A stretch of 64,000 nt of DNA from positions 43,867 through 107,866 of the forward strand of contig UQHW01000001.1 of assembly GCA_900540935.1 (NCBI GenBank). Direction: 5' to 3'. The stretch is from an uncultured Collinsella sp. (GTDB lineage: Bacteria; Actinomycetota; Coriobacteriia; Coriobacteriales; Coriobacteriaceae). A program made the translations under genes and the position numbers. Below, piece after piece: positions 24,517 through 35,271 of this stretch (positions are counted from its first letter, which is position 1; every line of letters starts with the position of its first letter). Below the pieces are notes generated by a model. It did no database searches, was not told the DNA's origin, and worked only from the letters and a program-made list of their open reading frames with translations.

Positions 24517-25713
24517 TTAGGCGACAGGCTTTGCGCGACGAATGGCCGGGAACATCACCGTGATAGCGAGGATGACGCCCACGGCAGCGATCGCACCGCC
24601 CGCGTAGCCGATCAAGGCGATACCGGGACCCGAAACCACGGCTCCGCCGATCGCGGTACCCGTGCCGATACCGAGGTTGAACAGGCCCGAGAAGATCGAC
24701 ATGGCGACGGCCGACGAATCCGCCGGCGTGTACTTGATGAGCTCGGCCTGAAACGCCACGTTAAAGGCCGTGGCGCAGCAACCCCACAGTGCGCAGACGG
24801 CAAGCACTGCCACGAGCGACGATGCGGCCGGACCCATAAGCAGCAGAGCCACCGGCACGCCGGAGAGCGTGATAGCCAAGAACGGGAAGCGATGCCCATC
24901 GAACAGGCGGCCAAACAGCCAGCTTCCGAGCAGACCAGAGCAGCCAAACGCCGTCAGCGTCATGGTGATGGCGCCCGCATCGACATGCGCGACCTGCGCC
25001 AGGAAGGGCTCGATATAGCTGTAGCTTGCGTAATAGCCGGTCGCCATAAAGACCGTGACCGCGTAGAGCGCGATCAGGAACGGGCTCTTGAGCAGCTCGG
25101 GCAGCTGTTTGAGCGTAAAGCGCTCGCCCGCCGGCATGGTTGGAAACACGGTCGCCTGGTAGACGACCGCGACAGCAGACAGCGCTCCGACCACGGCAAA
25201 CGTCATACGCCAGCCCACGGCCAGGCCAATGGCGCGACCGAGGGGCAGGCCAAAGATCTGCGCGATGGACGAGCCCGTAGCGATCATGCTGATGGCGAGC
25301 GCGCCGTGGCGAGTGTCAACCAAGCGCGAGGCCATAATCGAGGCGACCGACCAGAACACGGCATGTGCGCAAGCGACCACCAGGCGCGCGCAGACCAGGA
25401 TGGGATAAGTCGGCGCCACAGCGGACAGAAACTGGCCCAGCGAAAACACGACCAAAACGCCCAGCAGCATCCGCTTGAACTCAAAACGCGAGGCAAACAC
25501 CATGAGCGGCAGTGACAGCAGCATGACACCCCAAGCATAAACCGAGATCATGATGCCCGCCTGGGCCTCGGTGAGCGAGAACGACGCGGCGATATCAGTC
25601 AAAAGGCCGATGGGCATAAACTCCGACGTGTTGAACACGAATGCACAGCAGGTGAGCCCGACGAGCGGGAGCCACTGCCTGAGCGTGATGCCGTCTTGCC
25701 TTGCCTGACTCAT
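24517..25713 (-). CDS. MFS transporter (sugar efflux-like)
   Basis: About 398 aa, 12 predicted TM segments. Start set to MSQARQ, which has a GGAG RBS. Confidence 0.8.
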   Translation of the reverse strand: MSQARQDGITLRQWLPLVGLTCCAFVFNTSEFMPIGLLTDIAASFSLTEAQAGIMISVYAWGVMLLSLPLMVFASRFEFKRMLLGVLVVFSLGQFLSAVAPTYPILVCARLVVACAHAVFWSVASIMASRLVDTRHGALAISMIATGSSIAQIFGLPLGRAIGLAVGWRMTFAVVGALSAVAVVYQATVFPTMPAGERFTLKQLPELLKSPFLIALYAVTVFMATGYYASYSYIEPFLAQVAHVDAGAITMTLTAFGCSGLLGSWLFGRLFDGHRFPFLAITLSGVPVALLLMGPAASSLVAVLAVCALWGCCATAFNVAFQAELIKYTPADSSAVAMSIFSGLFNLGIGTGTAIGGAVVSGPGIALIGYAGGAIAAVGVILAITVMFPAIRRAKPVA

Positions 25714-25834
25714 ATATAACGTCTCCAATCATTTTGAGCGGAGGCGATTATATAGCAACGGCCCCGCATCCGTCAGCAACAGATGCGGGGCCGAAAACAA
25801 TTCGATACACAGAGGCTGCGCCGTCAATAAAAAA

Positions 25835-28196
25835 CTAAGCCAACCCCAGCAATATGCCCGCCGAATGCACGACAAACGCCACGATCCAGGCGACCGTCAC
25901 TTGAAACGCGAACACGGCAACGGCGTAGCGCGCGCCCAACTCGCTCTTGACGGCGCCGATTGCCGCCACACAAGGCGGGTACAGCAACGTAAAGACCAAG
26001 AACACGTAGGCGGTGAACGGCGAAAACATGGTCGACAGTGCCGCGGGCGACGTAGCACCCAAAAGCACGGTGAGGGTCGAGATGACGCTCTCTTTGGCAA
26101 TAAGTCCGGTGACGAGCGCCGTGGATGCACGCCAGTCGCCAAACCCAAGCGGCGTCAGCGCCGGCGCGATGATGCTGCCGAGGCCCGCAAGCAGACTCTG
26201 CGACTGATCGGCGACCACATTAAAGCGGATGTCGAACGTCTGAAGGAACCAGATGACCACGGTAGCGGCAAAGATAATGGTAAAGGCCTTGGTAATAAAG
26301 TCTTTGGCCTTATCCCATGCCAGCATCACCGTCGTCTTGACGCTCGGCAGGCGGTAATTGGGAAGCTCCATGATAAACGGCACCGGGTCGCCCTTAAATG
26401 CCGTGCGGTTGAGCACCAAAGCCGCGATGCAGCCGACCACGATACCGATCAGATAGAGCGAGACCATGGCGGGAACCGTCGCCTGCGGGAAAAACGCCCC
26501 GCACAGCAAGCCGTAAACCGGCAACTTGGCTGAGCAGCTCATGAACGGCGTGAGCATGACCGTCATCTTGCGGTCGTGCTCGGATGGAAGCGTACGGGTC
26601 GACATGATAGCCGGCACGGTGCAGCCAAAACCGACGAGCATGGGCACGAAGCTGCGGCCCGACAAGCCAAAGCGACGCAACACCTTATCCATGACAAAGG
26701 CCACGCGCGCCATGTAGCCGGAGTCTTCCAAGATGGAGAGGAACAAGAAAAGCACGACGATAATCGGCAGGAAGGTCAGCACGCTGCCCACACCCGTAAG
26801 CACGCCGTCGACAGCCAGCGAGCGCACCACGTCGTTAGTACCGAACGCCTTGAGGCCCGCATCGGCCGAGGCGATGATGGCAGCGATACCGTCCTCCATG
26901 AGTCCCTGCAACGCCGCGCCGATCACGCCAAACGTCAGCCAAAAGACGAGGCCCATGATCACCAGAAACGCCGGAATGGCTGTGTAACGACCTGTCAGGA
27001 TGCGGTCAATCTTGACGGAGCGCACGTGCTCGCGGCTCTCGTGCGGCTTGACGACGCAACGCCCGCACACGTCGCCGATAAAGCTAAAACGCATATCGGC
27101 CAGCGCAGATAGGCGGTCGGTGCCGGCCTCGCCCTCCATCTGGGTAATGATGTGCTCGATAGCGTCGAGCTCGTTGCGATCCAGGTGAAGCGCCTCGGTT
27201 ACCAGCTCATCGCCCTCGACCAGCTTGGTCGCCGCAAAGCGCACTGGGATGTGCGCCGTCACGGCATGGTCCTCGATCAGGTTAGCAATGCCGTGGATGC
27301 AGCGATGCAGCGCGCCGCCGTCTGGACCATCGGGCGAGCAGAAGTCCAGGCGACCGGGGCGCTCGCGGAACCGCGCCACGTGCAGGGCGTGGTCCACCAG
27401 CTCGCCGATGCCCTCGTTGCGGGCAGCGCTAATGGGGACAACAGGCACGCCCAACAGGCTCTCGAGCAGGTTGACGTCCACGGCGCCGCCGTTGGCGGTC
27501 ACCTCGTCCATCATGTTGAGCGCGATGACCATGGGGCGGTCGAGCTCCATGAGCTGCAGTGTCAAGTACAGGTTACGCTCGATGTTGGTGGCGTCGATGA
27601 TGTCGATGATGGCGTCGGGGTTTTCGTCCAAGATGAATTGGCGGCTGACGATCTCTTCGCCCGTGTACGGAGACAGCGAATAGATACCGGGCAGGTCGGT
27701 AACGCTCGCCTCGGGATGGTTACGGATGGTGCCATCTTTGCGGTCGACCGTCACGCCGGGAAAGTTACCGACGTGCTGGTTGGAGCCCGTAAGCTGGTTG
27801 AATAACGTGGTCTTGCCGCAGTTTTGGTTGCCGGCGAGGGCAAAGTGCAGCGGCGCGCCCTCGGGCACGGCCGTCTTTGCCGCACGGGGCGAATACGTCC
27901 CCTCGCCCAGAGCCGGATGCTCCGTCGTGCCGATTGCGGCGTTAGCGCGCGGACCCGTATCGGTATCGTGAATACCCACGAGCTCGATGCGAGCGGCATC
28001 GTCCTTGCGCAGCGTCAACTCGTAGCCACGCAGGCGAATCTCGAGCGGATCGCCCATGGGGGCGTACTTCATCATGGTGACTTCGGTGCCCGGCGTTAGA
28101 CCCATGTCCAAAATATGCTGTCGGAGTGCCTGATCGTCCGATGCCACCGATGCGACAACGGCGTCCTTTCCAATCTCGAGTGTATCGAGCTTCACG
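25835..28196 (-). CDS. feoB: ferrous iron transport protein, FeoA-FeoB fusion
   Basis: N-terminal FeoA SH3-like domain (VKLDTLEIGKDAVVASV...), then the FeoB G-domain (GNQNCGKTTLFN) and a polytopic membrane domain. GTG start at 28196 with a GGAGG RBS. Confidence 0.85.
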
Positions 28197-28237
28197 TCCG
28201 TGTTCCTCCCCCGGCGCCCACAGGGCGTTGTATTTAT

Positions 28238-28271
28238 GTTAGCCATGGCTAACCGTTTGCCATGGCTAACC
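28238..28271. promoter_or_regulatory. palindromic operator pair upstream of feoAB (candidate metal-regulator box)
   Basis: gttagccatggctaacc is a perfect 17 bp palindrome, followed 4 bp later by gccatggctaacc. It lies 40-75 bp upstream of the feoAB start. Confidence 0.5.
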
Positions 28272-28339
28272 AATTTTATCCATGCATGATAGCGCGAACA
28301 TGCAACGATGTTCAATCGACAGATCGGTGCAAGGGGGAC

Positions 28340-28566
28340 AGGTGGGAGAGTTCAGGGACACAGTTTCCCAATGAGGCCTCTCGGGGAAACTGCGTCCCTG
28401 AACTCTGGCTCGAAACGGGATATGGTTTCCCAAGCAGGCCTCTTACGGAAAATGCATCCCGGAATCCCCACTCGAAACGGGACGCACTTTCTCAGTCGAG
28501 GCCCTATGGGAAACCGTGTCCCACCTTGAAGGGGGAACTGGGATGCAGTTTCCGGACGGGACATCA
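28340..28566. repeat. tandem array of ~3.5 imperfect ~60 bp hairpin units
   Basis: Units such as gggacacagtttccc...gggaaactgcgtccc. Units 2 and 3 are each preceded by ctcgaaacggga. Confidence 0.65.
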
Positions 28567-28571
28567 AAAAC

Positions 28572-28638
28572 AAAGTTGCGGTGGAATAGTTCCTGGATGG
28601 GCTGGTTGATGCCCCAGATAGGAACTATTTCACCGCAA
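28572..28638. repeat. REP-like palindromic element, family B copy 2
   Basis: aagttgcggtggaatagttcctg...aggaactatttcaccgcaag. Confidence 0.7.
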
Positions 28639-28667
28639 GTTATTGAAGAGCTTGGATGCCGGGACTC

Positions 28668-29564
28668 TTACAGATGGCGCTCGAGGAAGCGGAAGGCCAG
28701 GCGGATCCAGGGACGGACGGAAACCTGCTTGTCCTCGTTGTCGACCGCGGTGTTGGCGTTGCCGAGCGAAAGGCCGTGACCACCCTGGTCGAAGACGTGC
28801 ATCTCGCATGCAACGCCCTCCTCGGCCATGCGCTGCGCAAACGGGTAGACCTGCGCGATCGGCGCCGTCTTGTCGTCGGACACGCCCCACACAAAAGTCG
28901 GTGGCATCTGACGCGAAACATGCGTGGTGGGGCAGATGTCGGCCAGATGCTCGTCAGTTGCCTCGCCGCCCGTCACCATCGACAGGTAGTCGTTGAGCAA
29001 ATCGCGCCCCGTCTTGCCGCCCGTCTTGGGCACGCGCAAGTCAATGCGCGGATCGCGCGTCTGCATGTCGCGCACATAGGCAAAGTCGAGCAATGGATAG
29101 CCCAGCACCACGGCATCGGGACGAATGTCGTCCGCGCGCGCCCCTGCCAGGCCCGCGAAGGGACCAGTCTTCCATTGCGTTGCCAACGAAGCGCAGATCA
29201 TGCCGCCCGCCGAGAATCCCACGACGCACACGCGCTTAGGATCGACATGCCACTCGTCGGCGTTGGCGCGCACCGTGGCGACCATCTTGGCAAGATCTGC
29301 CTGGGGGTGCGGAAAGCTCACGTCACCCGTAGAACTCGTCACATAGTTGAGCACAAAGGCCTGGTAGCCGCGGTCCAAAAACGCAAACGCCACCGGGTCC
29401 TGCTCGTGCGGAGCGATATGCGTAAACCCGCCTCCGCCGCAGATGATCACCGCGGGGCGGCGGCCATTCGGTTTATCGGGCAGCGGCTCGGCACCCAAAT
29501 ACGTAAACGTCGCCGGATAATCCTCGGTCGGCTCCTCGCCCCACAGCGCATGGTTCTCGACAAT
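28668..29564 (-). CDS. alpha/beta hydrolase (acetyl esterase / lipase family)
   Basis: GFSAGG nucleophile elbow and HGGGF-like oxyanion motif (ICGGGGF). Start trimmed to MIVENH with an AAGGGAG RBS. Confidence 0.75.
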   Translation of the reverse strand: MVENHALWGEEPTEDYPATFTYLGAEPLPDKPNGRRPAVIICGGGGFTHIAPHEQDPVAFAFLDRGYQAFVLNYVTSSTGDVSFPHPQADLAKMVATVRANADEWHVDPKRVCVVGFSAGGMICASLATQWKTGPFAGLAGARADDIRPDAVVLGYPLLDFAYVRDMQTRDPRIDLRVPKTGGKTGRDLLNDYLSMVTGGEATDEHLADICPTTHVSRQMPPTFVWGVSDDKTAPIAQVYPFAQRMAEEGVACEMHVFDQGGHGLSLGNANTAVDNEDKQVSVRPWIRLAFRFLERHL

Positions 29565-29810
29565 CATATGTGCTCCCTTCGCGCAAATTATGCGCCCTTG
29601 TTTTTCGCCTTCAAGCGTACCCCACTTGAACCCGTGGCGCAGAAACACTCCGGCAATAAGTTTCCCTTCAACTGATATATCACATAATCCCAGTTCAGAG
29701 GTATCGTTGAGCAGCGTAGAATAGGGGCGTTGACCAAGCCGCGAAACACATGTGAAACGTTTCCGGCAAACCAAACGCGCGATATGCGCCTATTTAAGTT
29801 GGAGGCAACT

Positions 29811-30374
29811 ATGGGTCTGCTCGATTCGCTTAAGTCCACCTTCACCTCGACCGGCGAGGCGTCCGTTCCGCCCGCAGCAAGCTTCGCCACCCGCGAAGGC
29901 GTCATCTATGCCCCCGTCAACGGCGTGCTCGTCAACCTGGACGAGGTTCCCGACGAGACGATCGCCTCGGGCATGCTTGGCCAGGGCTATGGCATCGAGC
30001 CCATTACCGGCACCATCTATGCGCCCGCCAACGGCCGCATCGGCGCCACCACTGTCACCAACCACTCCATTGGCATGATCACCGAGGACGGTCTTCGCGT
30101 GTTCATCCATGTTGGCCTGGGCACCGTGGAAATGAACGGCAAGGGTTTTGCCCGCTTTGTCGAGATGGGCGATGTGGTCAAGGCAGGCCAGCCGCTCATC
30201 AGCTTCGACCGCGAGGCCATTAAGGCCGCTGGTCACGAGGACATCGTGACCGTCATCGTCTCCGAGCTCGATCGTCTTAAGAGCATCGACCATGTCGGCG
30301 AATCTGGAACGCTTATCGGCGGCAACCCGCTCGTCAAGCTGGGCGACCCGCTGCTGGTAGCCAAGACCAAGTAG
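29811..30374 (+). CDS. PTS glucose-family EIIA component
   Basis: EIIA-Glc domain ([26 protein letters not shown]). MGLLDSL start with a GGAGG RBS. Confidence 0.8.
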   Translation: MGLLDSLKSTFTSTGEASVPPAASFATREGVIYAPVNGVLVNLDEVPDETIASGMLGQGYGIEPITGTIYAPANGRIGATTVTNHSIGMITEDGLRVFIHVGLGTVEMNGKGFARFVEMGDVVKAGQPLISFDREAIKAAGHEDIVTVIVSELDRLKSIDHVGESGTLIGGNPLVKLGDPLLVAKTK

Positions 30375-30411
30375 CCAGGCCCCGCGCCATACAGCCAAAA
30401 GGCACCTCGTC

Positions 30412-30450
30412 AAGCGCCCGCGACCATTTGGCCGCGGGCGCTTTTCGTTT
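30412..30450 (+). terminator. rho-independent terminator
   Basis: gcgcccgcg...cgcgggcgc hairpin followed by ttttcgttt. Confidence 0.6.
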
Positions 30451-30555
30451 GAAAAACCATCCCGCCAATGCCTTATCTGTATAGCCCAAATGAGCCGAGC
30501 TGCTAGAATATCGAACTGTATGGATAACTATCATTCAACCGTTATGGGAGGATAC

Positions 30556-31959
30556 GTGAACCGCACCAAAATCGCGCAGCTCTATGCCGATGCCGAGTCG
30601 CTCGGCGGCCAGACCGTCACCGTCGCCGGCTGGGTCAAGTCCGTCCGCGACATGAAGAACTTTGGCTTTGTTACGCTCAACGACGGCAGCTGCTTCCGCG
30701 ACCTGCAGGTCGTCATGAACCGCGAGGCACTCGACAACTACGACGAGATCGCACATCAAAACGTCTCGGCCGCACTCATTTGCACCGGCACCGTCAAACT
30801 GACCCCCGATGCACCCCAGCCTTTCGAGCTTTCTGCCACTTCCATCGAGGTCGAGGGCACGAGCGCCCCGGATTACCCGCTGCAGAAGAAGCGCGCAACC
30901 GTCGAGTTCCTGCGCACCCAGCAGCACCTGCGCCCGCGCACCAACCTGTTCCGCGCCGTGTTCCGCATCCGCTCTGTCGCGGCCGCCGCCATCCACCGCT
31001 TCTTCCAGGAGCAGGGTTTTGTCTACGTCAACACCCCCATCATCACCACGAGCGACTGCGAAGGCGCCGGCGAGATGTTCCGCGTGACCACGCTCGACCC
31101 CAAAAATCCGCCCCTCACCGAGTCCGGCGAGGTCGACTGGAGCCAGGACTTCTTTGGCAAGCATGCAAGCCTCACCGTGTCCGGCCAGCTCAATGCCGAG
31201 AACTTTGCCATGGCCTTTGGCGACGTGTACACCTTTGGCCCCACCTTCCGCGCCGAAAACTCCAACACCACGCGCCACGCCGCCGAGTTTTGGATGATCG
31301 AGCCCGAGATGGCCTTCGCCGACCTCAACGACTACATGGACAACGCCGAGGCCATGCTCAAGTACGTCCTCAAGGACGTTATGGCCACCTGCCCCGACGA
31401 GCTCAATATGCTCAACAAGTTTGTGGACAAGGGTCTGCTCGAGCGCCTGGACCATGTCGCCAACTCCGACTTTGCCCGCGTTACCTACACCGAGGCCGTC
31501 GAAATCCTGGAGCAGGCCGTCGCCGCTGGTCACAAGTTTGACTATCCCGTGAGCTGGGGCATCGACCTGCAAACCGAGCACGAGCGTTTCCTGACCGAGG
31601 AACACTTTAAGCGCCCGACCTTCGTGACCGACTACCCGGCCGAGATCAAGGCGTTCTACATGCGCATGAACGAGGACGGCAAGACCGTCGCCGCCGCCGA
31701 CTGCCTGGTGCCGGGCATCGGCGAGATCATCGGTGGCTCCCAGCGCGAGGAGCGCCTGGATCTGCTCGAGGCCCGCATCAAGGACCTGGGTATGAATCCC
31801 GAGCAGTACAAGTACTACCTTGACCTGCGCCGCTACGGTTCCTGCAAGCACGCCGGCTATGGTCTGGGCTTCGAGCGCTTGGTCATGTATCTGACCGGCG
31901 TGGGCAACATCCGCGACGTCCTGCCGCACCCGCGCACCGTGGGCAACGCCGACTTCTAA
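30556..31959 (+). CDS. asnS: asparaginyl-tRNA synthetase
   Basis: Class IIb aaRS with an OB-fold anticodon-binding domain, motifs 1-3 ([23 protein letters not shown]). GTG start VNRTKI with a GGGAGG RBS. Confidence 0.9.
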   Translation: MNRTKIAQLYADAESLGGQTVTVAGWVKSVRDMKNFGFVTLNDGSCFRDLQVVMNREALDNYDEIAHQNVSAALICTGTVKLTPDAPQPFELSATSIEVEGTSAPDYPLQKKRATVEFLRTQQHLRPRTNLFRAVFRIRSVAAAAIHRFFQEQGFVYVNTPIITTSDCEGAGEMFRVTTLDPKNPPLTESGEVDWSQDFFGKHASLTVSGQLNAENFAMAFGDVYTFGPTFRAENSNTTRHAAEFWMIEPEMAFADLNDYMDNAEAMLKYVLKDVMATCPDELNMLNKFVDKGLLERLDHVANSDFARVTYTEAVEILEQAVAAGHKFDYPVSWGIDLQTEHERFLTEEHFKRPTFVTDYPAEIKAFYMRMNEDGKTVAAADCLVPGIGEIIGGSQREERLDLLEARIKDLGMNPEQYKYYLDLRRYGSCKHAGYGLGFERLVMYLTGVGNIRDVLPHPRTVGNADF

Positions 31960-32005
31960 TCGTCGGACGCTAGCTCGCGTCGCCACACGCCAACGCTCAT
32001 CGCAC

Positions 32006-32042
32006 AAGCGCCTCTCGACATCGGTCGAGAGGCGCTTTTTTC
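32006..32042 (+). terminator. rho-independent terminator after asnS
   Basis: agcgcctctcgac...gtcgagaggcgct followed by ttttttc. Confidence 0.65.
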
Positions 32043-32217
32043 AACAGCATCCGTCAAGCTTTTGGCAAGTTTTTGGTCAGTTGAGCAGGGCTGTTGAAAA
32101 CTCGACCCGCCGTTTGCCGACGACTACCGACCGCCCAGAGCGCCCTGCGCCCCTGGGAAAGCCCCACGTCCTAGGCTCCATACCGTCGCCACCCAAAACG
32201 GAAAGGACGTGGGCACG

Positions 32218-33003
32218 ATGACCGAAGCCGCTGTTGAAACCTACGACACCACGACTAGAGGCGCCGCCTCGATGGCGGCCTATCGCGCCGTTCGCATCCT
32301 GCAACTATTAAGCGAAAACACCGGCGAAGACAAGGCCATGCTTTCCGATGAGCTGATCCGGCGCCTCGCCCATCCCGACGACCCCGCCCGCATGCCCATC
32401 TCGGCGGCGCGGCGCAGCATCTACACCGCCATCTCCGCGCTTCGCCATGCCGGATACGAAATTGAGTACAAACGCGGCGTGGGCTACAAACTTCTTACCC
32501 GCCCGCTCACCGATGAAGAGATCATCCGGCTCCACGGTATGGTCATGCGCAACCGCTCCACGCCTATCGCTATCCGCAAGAGCATGGCGCAGCACTTAGT
32601 TGCCATGGCGAGTGCCGACGTTCGCGGCTACCTCGATACACCCGAACCCGTTCCGAGCGCAGGCAGCAAGGCTACCAAGGCAACACGCACGCCCATCAAG
32701 CGCATCGACACGTGCGAGCTCGTCGAGCAGGCCATCGACCACGGAACCACGGTGAGTTTTGATATTTCGAGCGTTACGACGCGTGGCGAAACCGAAGCAG
32801 CACGGATGACGCTGCGTCCCTTTGCCATCAGGCAGCGCGATGGCATCTCGTATCTGCTGGGAACGGTCTACGACGCCCGAGGCGCCGATGACACGTTGCG
32901 TACCGTAGAGATTGGCCGAATGAGAAACGTCACCACACGTCTCCTCGACGGCAAGAAGCTCTTCGCCGCCCTAGACGAGGACGACGCCTCCTCCGCCGCA
33001 TAA
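32218..33003 (+). CDS. WYL-domain transcriptional regulator (HTH + WYL)
   Basis: N-terminal wHTH-like region (AAYRAVRILQLLSE). C-terminal block with RQRDGISYLLGTVYD resembles WYL. Confidence 0.5.
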   Translation: MTEAAVETYDTTTRGAASMAAYRAVRILQLLSENTGEDKAMLSDELIRRLAHPDDPARMPISAARRSIYTAISALRHAGYEIEYKRGVGYKLLTRPLTDEEIIRLHGMVMRNRSTPIAIRKSMAQHLVAMASADVRGYLDTPEPVPSAGSKATKATRTPIKRIDTCELVEQAIDHGTTVSFDISSVTTRGETEAARMTLRPFAIRQRDGISYLLGTVYDARGADDTLRTVEIGRMRNVTTRLLDGKKLFAALDEDDASSAA

Positions 33004-33163
33004 GACCCTCCGCCGCCCATTCGACTACCCGCACCGCCCATCCGATTCTGTATTAAAAAACCCGCCAGGCTGTTGTAAAAATGGACATCAGCGCTACTAT
33101 AGTTCCACTTGCACTTTGTCCCAGTGCAGTGTTTCCAGCCATTTTTATACTGGGGGTAATGAT

Positions 33164-34144
33164 ATGAAGGACATCACCATCAGCCGCAGGAGCCTTCTGG
33201 TCTCCGCCGGCCTGCTCGCGCTCGCCCCGCTCGCCGGGTGCGGCGGCAACTCTGGTTCCGGCTCTGCTGCCGCCGGTTCCGACTACACCATCGGCGTTCT
33301 GCAGCTCACCGAGCACTCCGCACTCGATGCCGCCAACGACGGCTTTGTCAAGGCCATCAAGGAGAGCGGCCTTAAGGTCAAAATCGACCAGAAGAACGCC
33401 CAGAACGACCAGTCCACGTGTAAGTCCATTGCCGACAAGTTTGTGGGCGACAACGTCAACCTGATTTATGCCATCGCCACGCCCGCCGCGCAGGCTGCCG
33501 CCGGCGCCACGGCCGATATCCCCATCGTGGGCTGCGCCATCACCGACTACGCCGCCTCCGGCCTGGTCCAGGACAACGACAAGCCCGGCACCAACGTCAC
33601 GGGCGCTTCCGACCTCACCCCGGTCGCCGAGCAGCTCGAGATGATGCAGAAGGTCCTGCCCGACGTTAAAAAGGTCGGCCTGCTCTACTGCACCGCCGAG
33701 TCCAACTCCGACGTCCAGATCAAGGCCGCCAAGAAGGAGCTCGACAAGCTGGGCCTCGAGTACACCGATTTCACCGTCTCGAGCTCCAACGAGATTCAGT
33801 CCGTCGTCGAGTCTGCCGTGGGCAAGGTCGACGCGCTGTACTCCCCCACCGACAACACCATCGCCGCGGGCGCCTCGCAGGTGGGCCAGATCTGCAAGGA
33901 GAACAAGCTTCCCTTCGTGACTGGCGAGGAGGGCATGTGCATGGCCGGCGGCCTGTTCACCCTCTCCATCAATTACGAGGATCTGGGCTACGCCGCGGGC
34001 GAGATGGCCGTCAAGATTCTGAAGGGCGAGGCCAAGCCCGAGGATATGCCGATCAAGCACCTCTCGAGCAAGGACCTGGTCGTCGTCAAGAACGACGAAA
34101 TGGCCGAGGCCCTGGGCATCGACCTTTCCGCTCTGGACGCGTAA
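33164..34144 (+). CDS. ABC transporter substrate-binding lipoprotein (ABC_sub_bind/PF04392-like)
   Basis: Signal peptide with a lipobox (LAGCGG), periplasmic binding fold. The next two genes are a permease and an ATPase. Confidence 0.75.
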   Translation: MKDITISRRSLLVSAGLLALAPLAGCGGNSGSGSAAAGSDYTIGVLQLTEHSALDAANDGFVKAIKESGLKVKIDQKNAQNDQSTCKSIADKFVGDNVNLIYAIATPAAQAAAGATADIPIVGCAITDYAASGLVQDNDKPGTNVTGASDLTPVAEQLEMMQKVLPDVKKVGLLYCTAESNSDVQIKAAKKELDKLGLEYTDFTVSSSNEIQSVVESAVGKVDALYSPTDNTIAAGASQVGQICKENKLPFVTGEEGMCMAGGLFTLSINYEDLGYAAGEMAVKILKGEAKPEDMPIKHLSSKDLVVVKNDEMAEALGIDLSALDA

Positions 34145-34347
34145 TGCTATACGCGGCATGCGTCTAGAGCCCGTGCTCGCGCTTTAGCTGCGTTATTCAA
34201 TATCTGAGCCACAGGGGCGGGCGCTGTAGACCGGCGTCCGCCCTGCTTGTTTCAGGTAAAACAAAACGTCTGTCCGCAGCTCTTCTATGCATTGTTACCG
34301 CTATTATGGTGAATCACGTGTCCACCCTATCCTAGGAGGTATGAAGC

Positions 34348-35271
34348 ATGCTCATTGCATTGCAGGGCGCCGTTTCGCAGGGCGTCCTCTGGGGCATTAT
34401 GGTGCTTGGCGTGTTTATCACGTTCCGCCTGCTCGACATTCCCGATATGACCTGCGACGGCAGCTTTGCCCTCGGCGGCTGCGTCTGCGCTGTGCTCATC
34501 GTCAATAACAACGTCGACCCGCTGCTCGCCGTGCTGGCCGGTATGTGCGCCGGCGCCATCGCGGGTGCCGTCACGGGCATTTTGACCACCGTCTTCGAGA
34601 TTCCCGCGATCCTCGCCGGAATCCTCACCCAGATCAGCCTGTGGTCCATCAACCTGCGCATCATGGGCAAGTCCAATACGCCAATTCTTGCCAAGGGCAC
34701 CGTGTTCTCGGCCGTCAGCAATATGACCGGTCTGCCGCAGTCCACCGTTGCCATCATCTTGGGCATCCTGCTCGCCGTGGCTATCGTTGCCATCCTGTAT
34801 TGGTTCTTTGGCACCGAGATCGGCTCGGCGCTGCGCGCCACCGGCAACAACGAGTACATGATCCGCGCTCTGGGCGTCAACACCAACTCCACCAAGATGA
34901 TCGCCCTCGTGCTCTCCAACGCCCTCATCGGCCTTTCGGGCGCGCTCATCTGCCAGAGCCAAAAGTATGCCGACATTGGCATGGGCACCGGTGCCATCGT
35001 TATCGGTCTTGCCGCCATTGTTATCGGTGAGGTGCTCGGCCGTCTGCTGCCCGGCGGCCTCACGCAGTTTAGCGTCCGTCTTGCCTCCGCCGTCTTTGGC
35101 TCCGTGGTGTACTTCCTTATCCGCGCCATCGTGCTGCAGTTGGGCATGGACGCCAACGACATGAAGCTGCTCTCCGCCGTAATTGTCGCTGTGGCCCTGT
35201 GCGTGCCCGTGGTTTGGGAGCGCTATAAGCTCCGCAGCTCCTACACGAAGGGGGATGAGGCAGATGCTTAA
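34348..35271 (+). CDS. ABC transporter permease
   Basis: 307 aa polytopic membrane protein. It overlaps the start of the downstream ATPase. Confidence 0.8.
   Translation: MLIALQGAVSQGVLWGIMVLGVFITFRLLDIPDMTCDGSFALGGCVCAVLIVNNNVDPLLAVLAGMCAGAIAGAVTGILTTVFEIPAILAGILTQISLWSINLRIMGKSNTPILAKGTVFSAVSNMTGLPQSTVAIILGILLAVAIVAILYWFFGTEIGSALRATGNNEYMIRALGVNTNSTKMIALVLSNALIGLSGALICQSQKYADIGMGTGAIVIGLAAIVIGEVLGRLLPGGLTQFSVRLASAVFGSVVYFLIRAIVLQLGMDANDMKLLSAVIVAVALCVPVVWERYKLRSSYTKGDEADA

Noticed and set aside
25835-28315. The 826 aa extended feoAB ORF, and N-terminal extensions of several track ORFs (galU, fabH, mntP, pepD, clpC and others).
   Set aside because: Starts were trimmed to the internal Met or GTG that carries a proper RBS and matches the family N-terminus.
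28340-28640. Possible CRISPR array, given tandem repeats with spacers.
   Set aside because: The units are themselves palindromic hairpins of different sequence. There are no unique, equally sized spacers and no cas genes nearby. Treated as a tandem REP-like array.
30413-30555. T-box leader upstream of asnS.
   Set aside because: The leader is only ~140 nt and lacks the specifier-loop and antiterminator architecture. A simple promoter and RBS are more likely.
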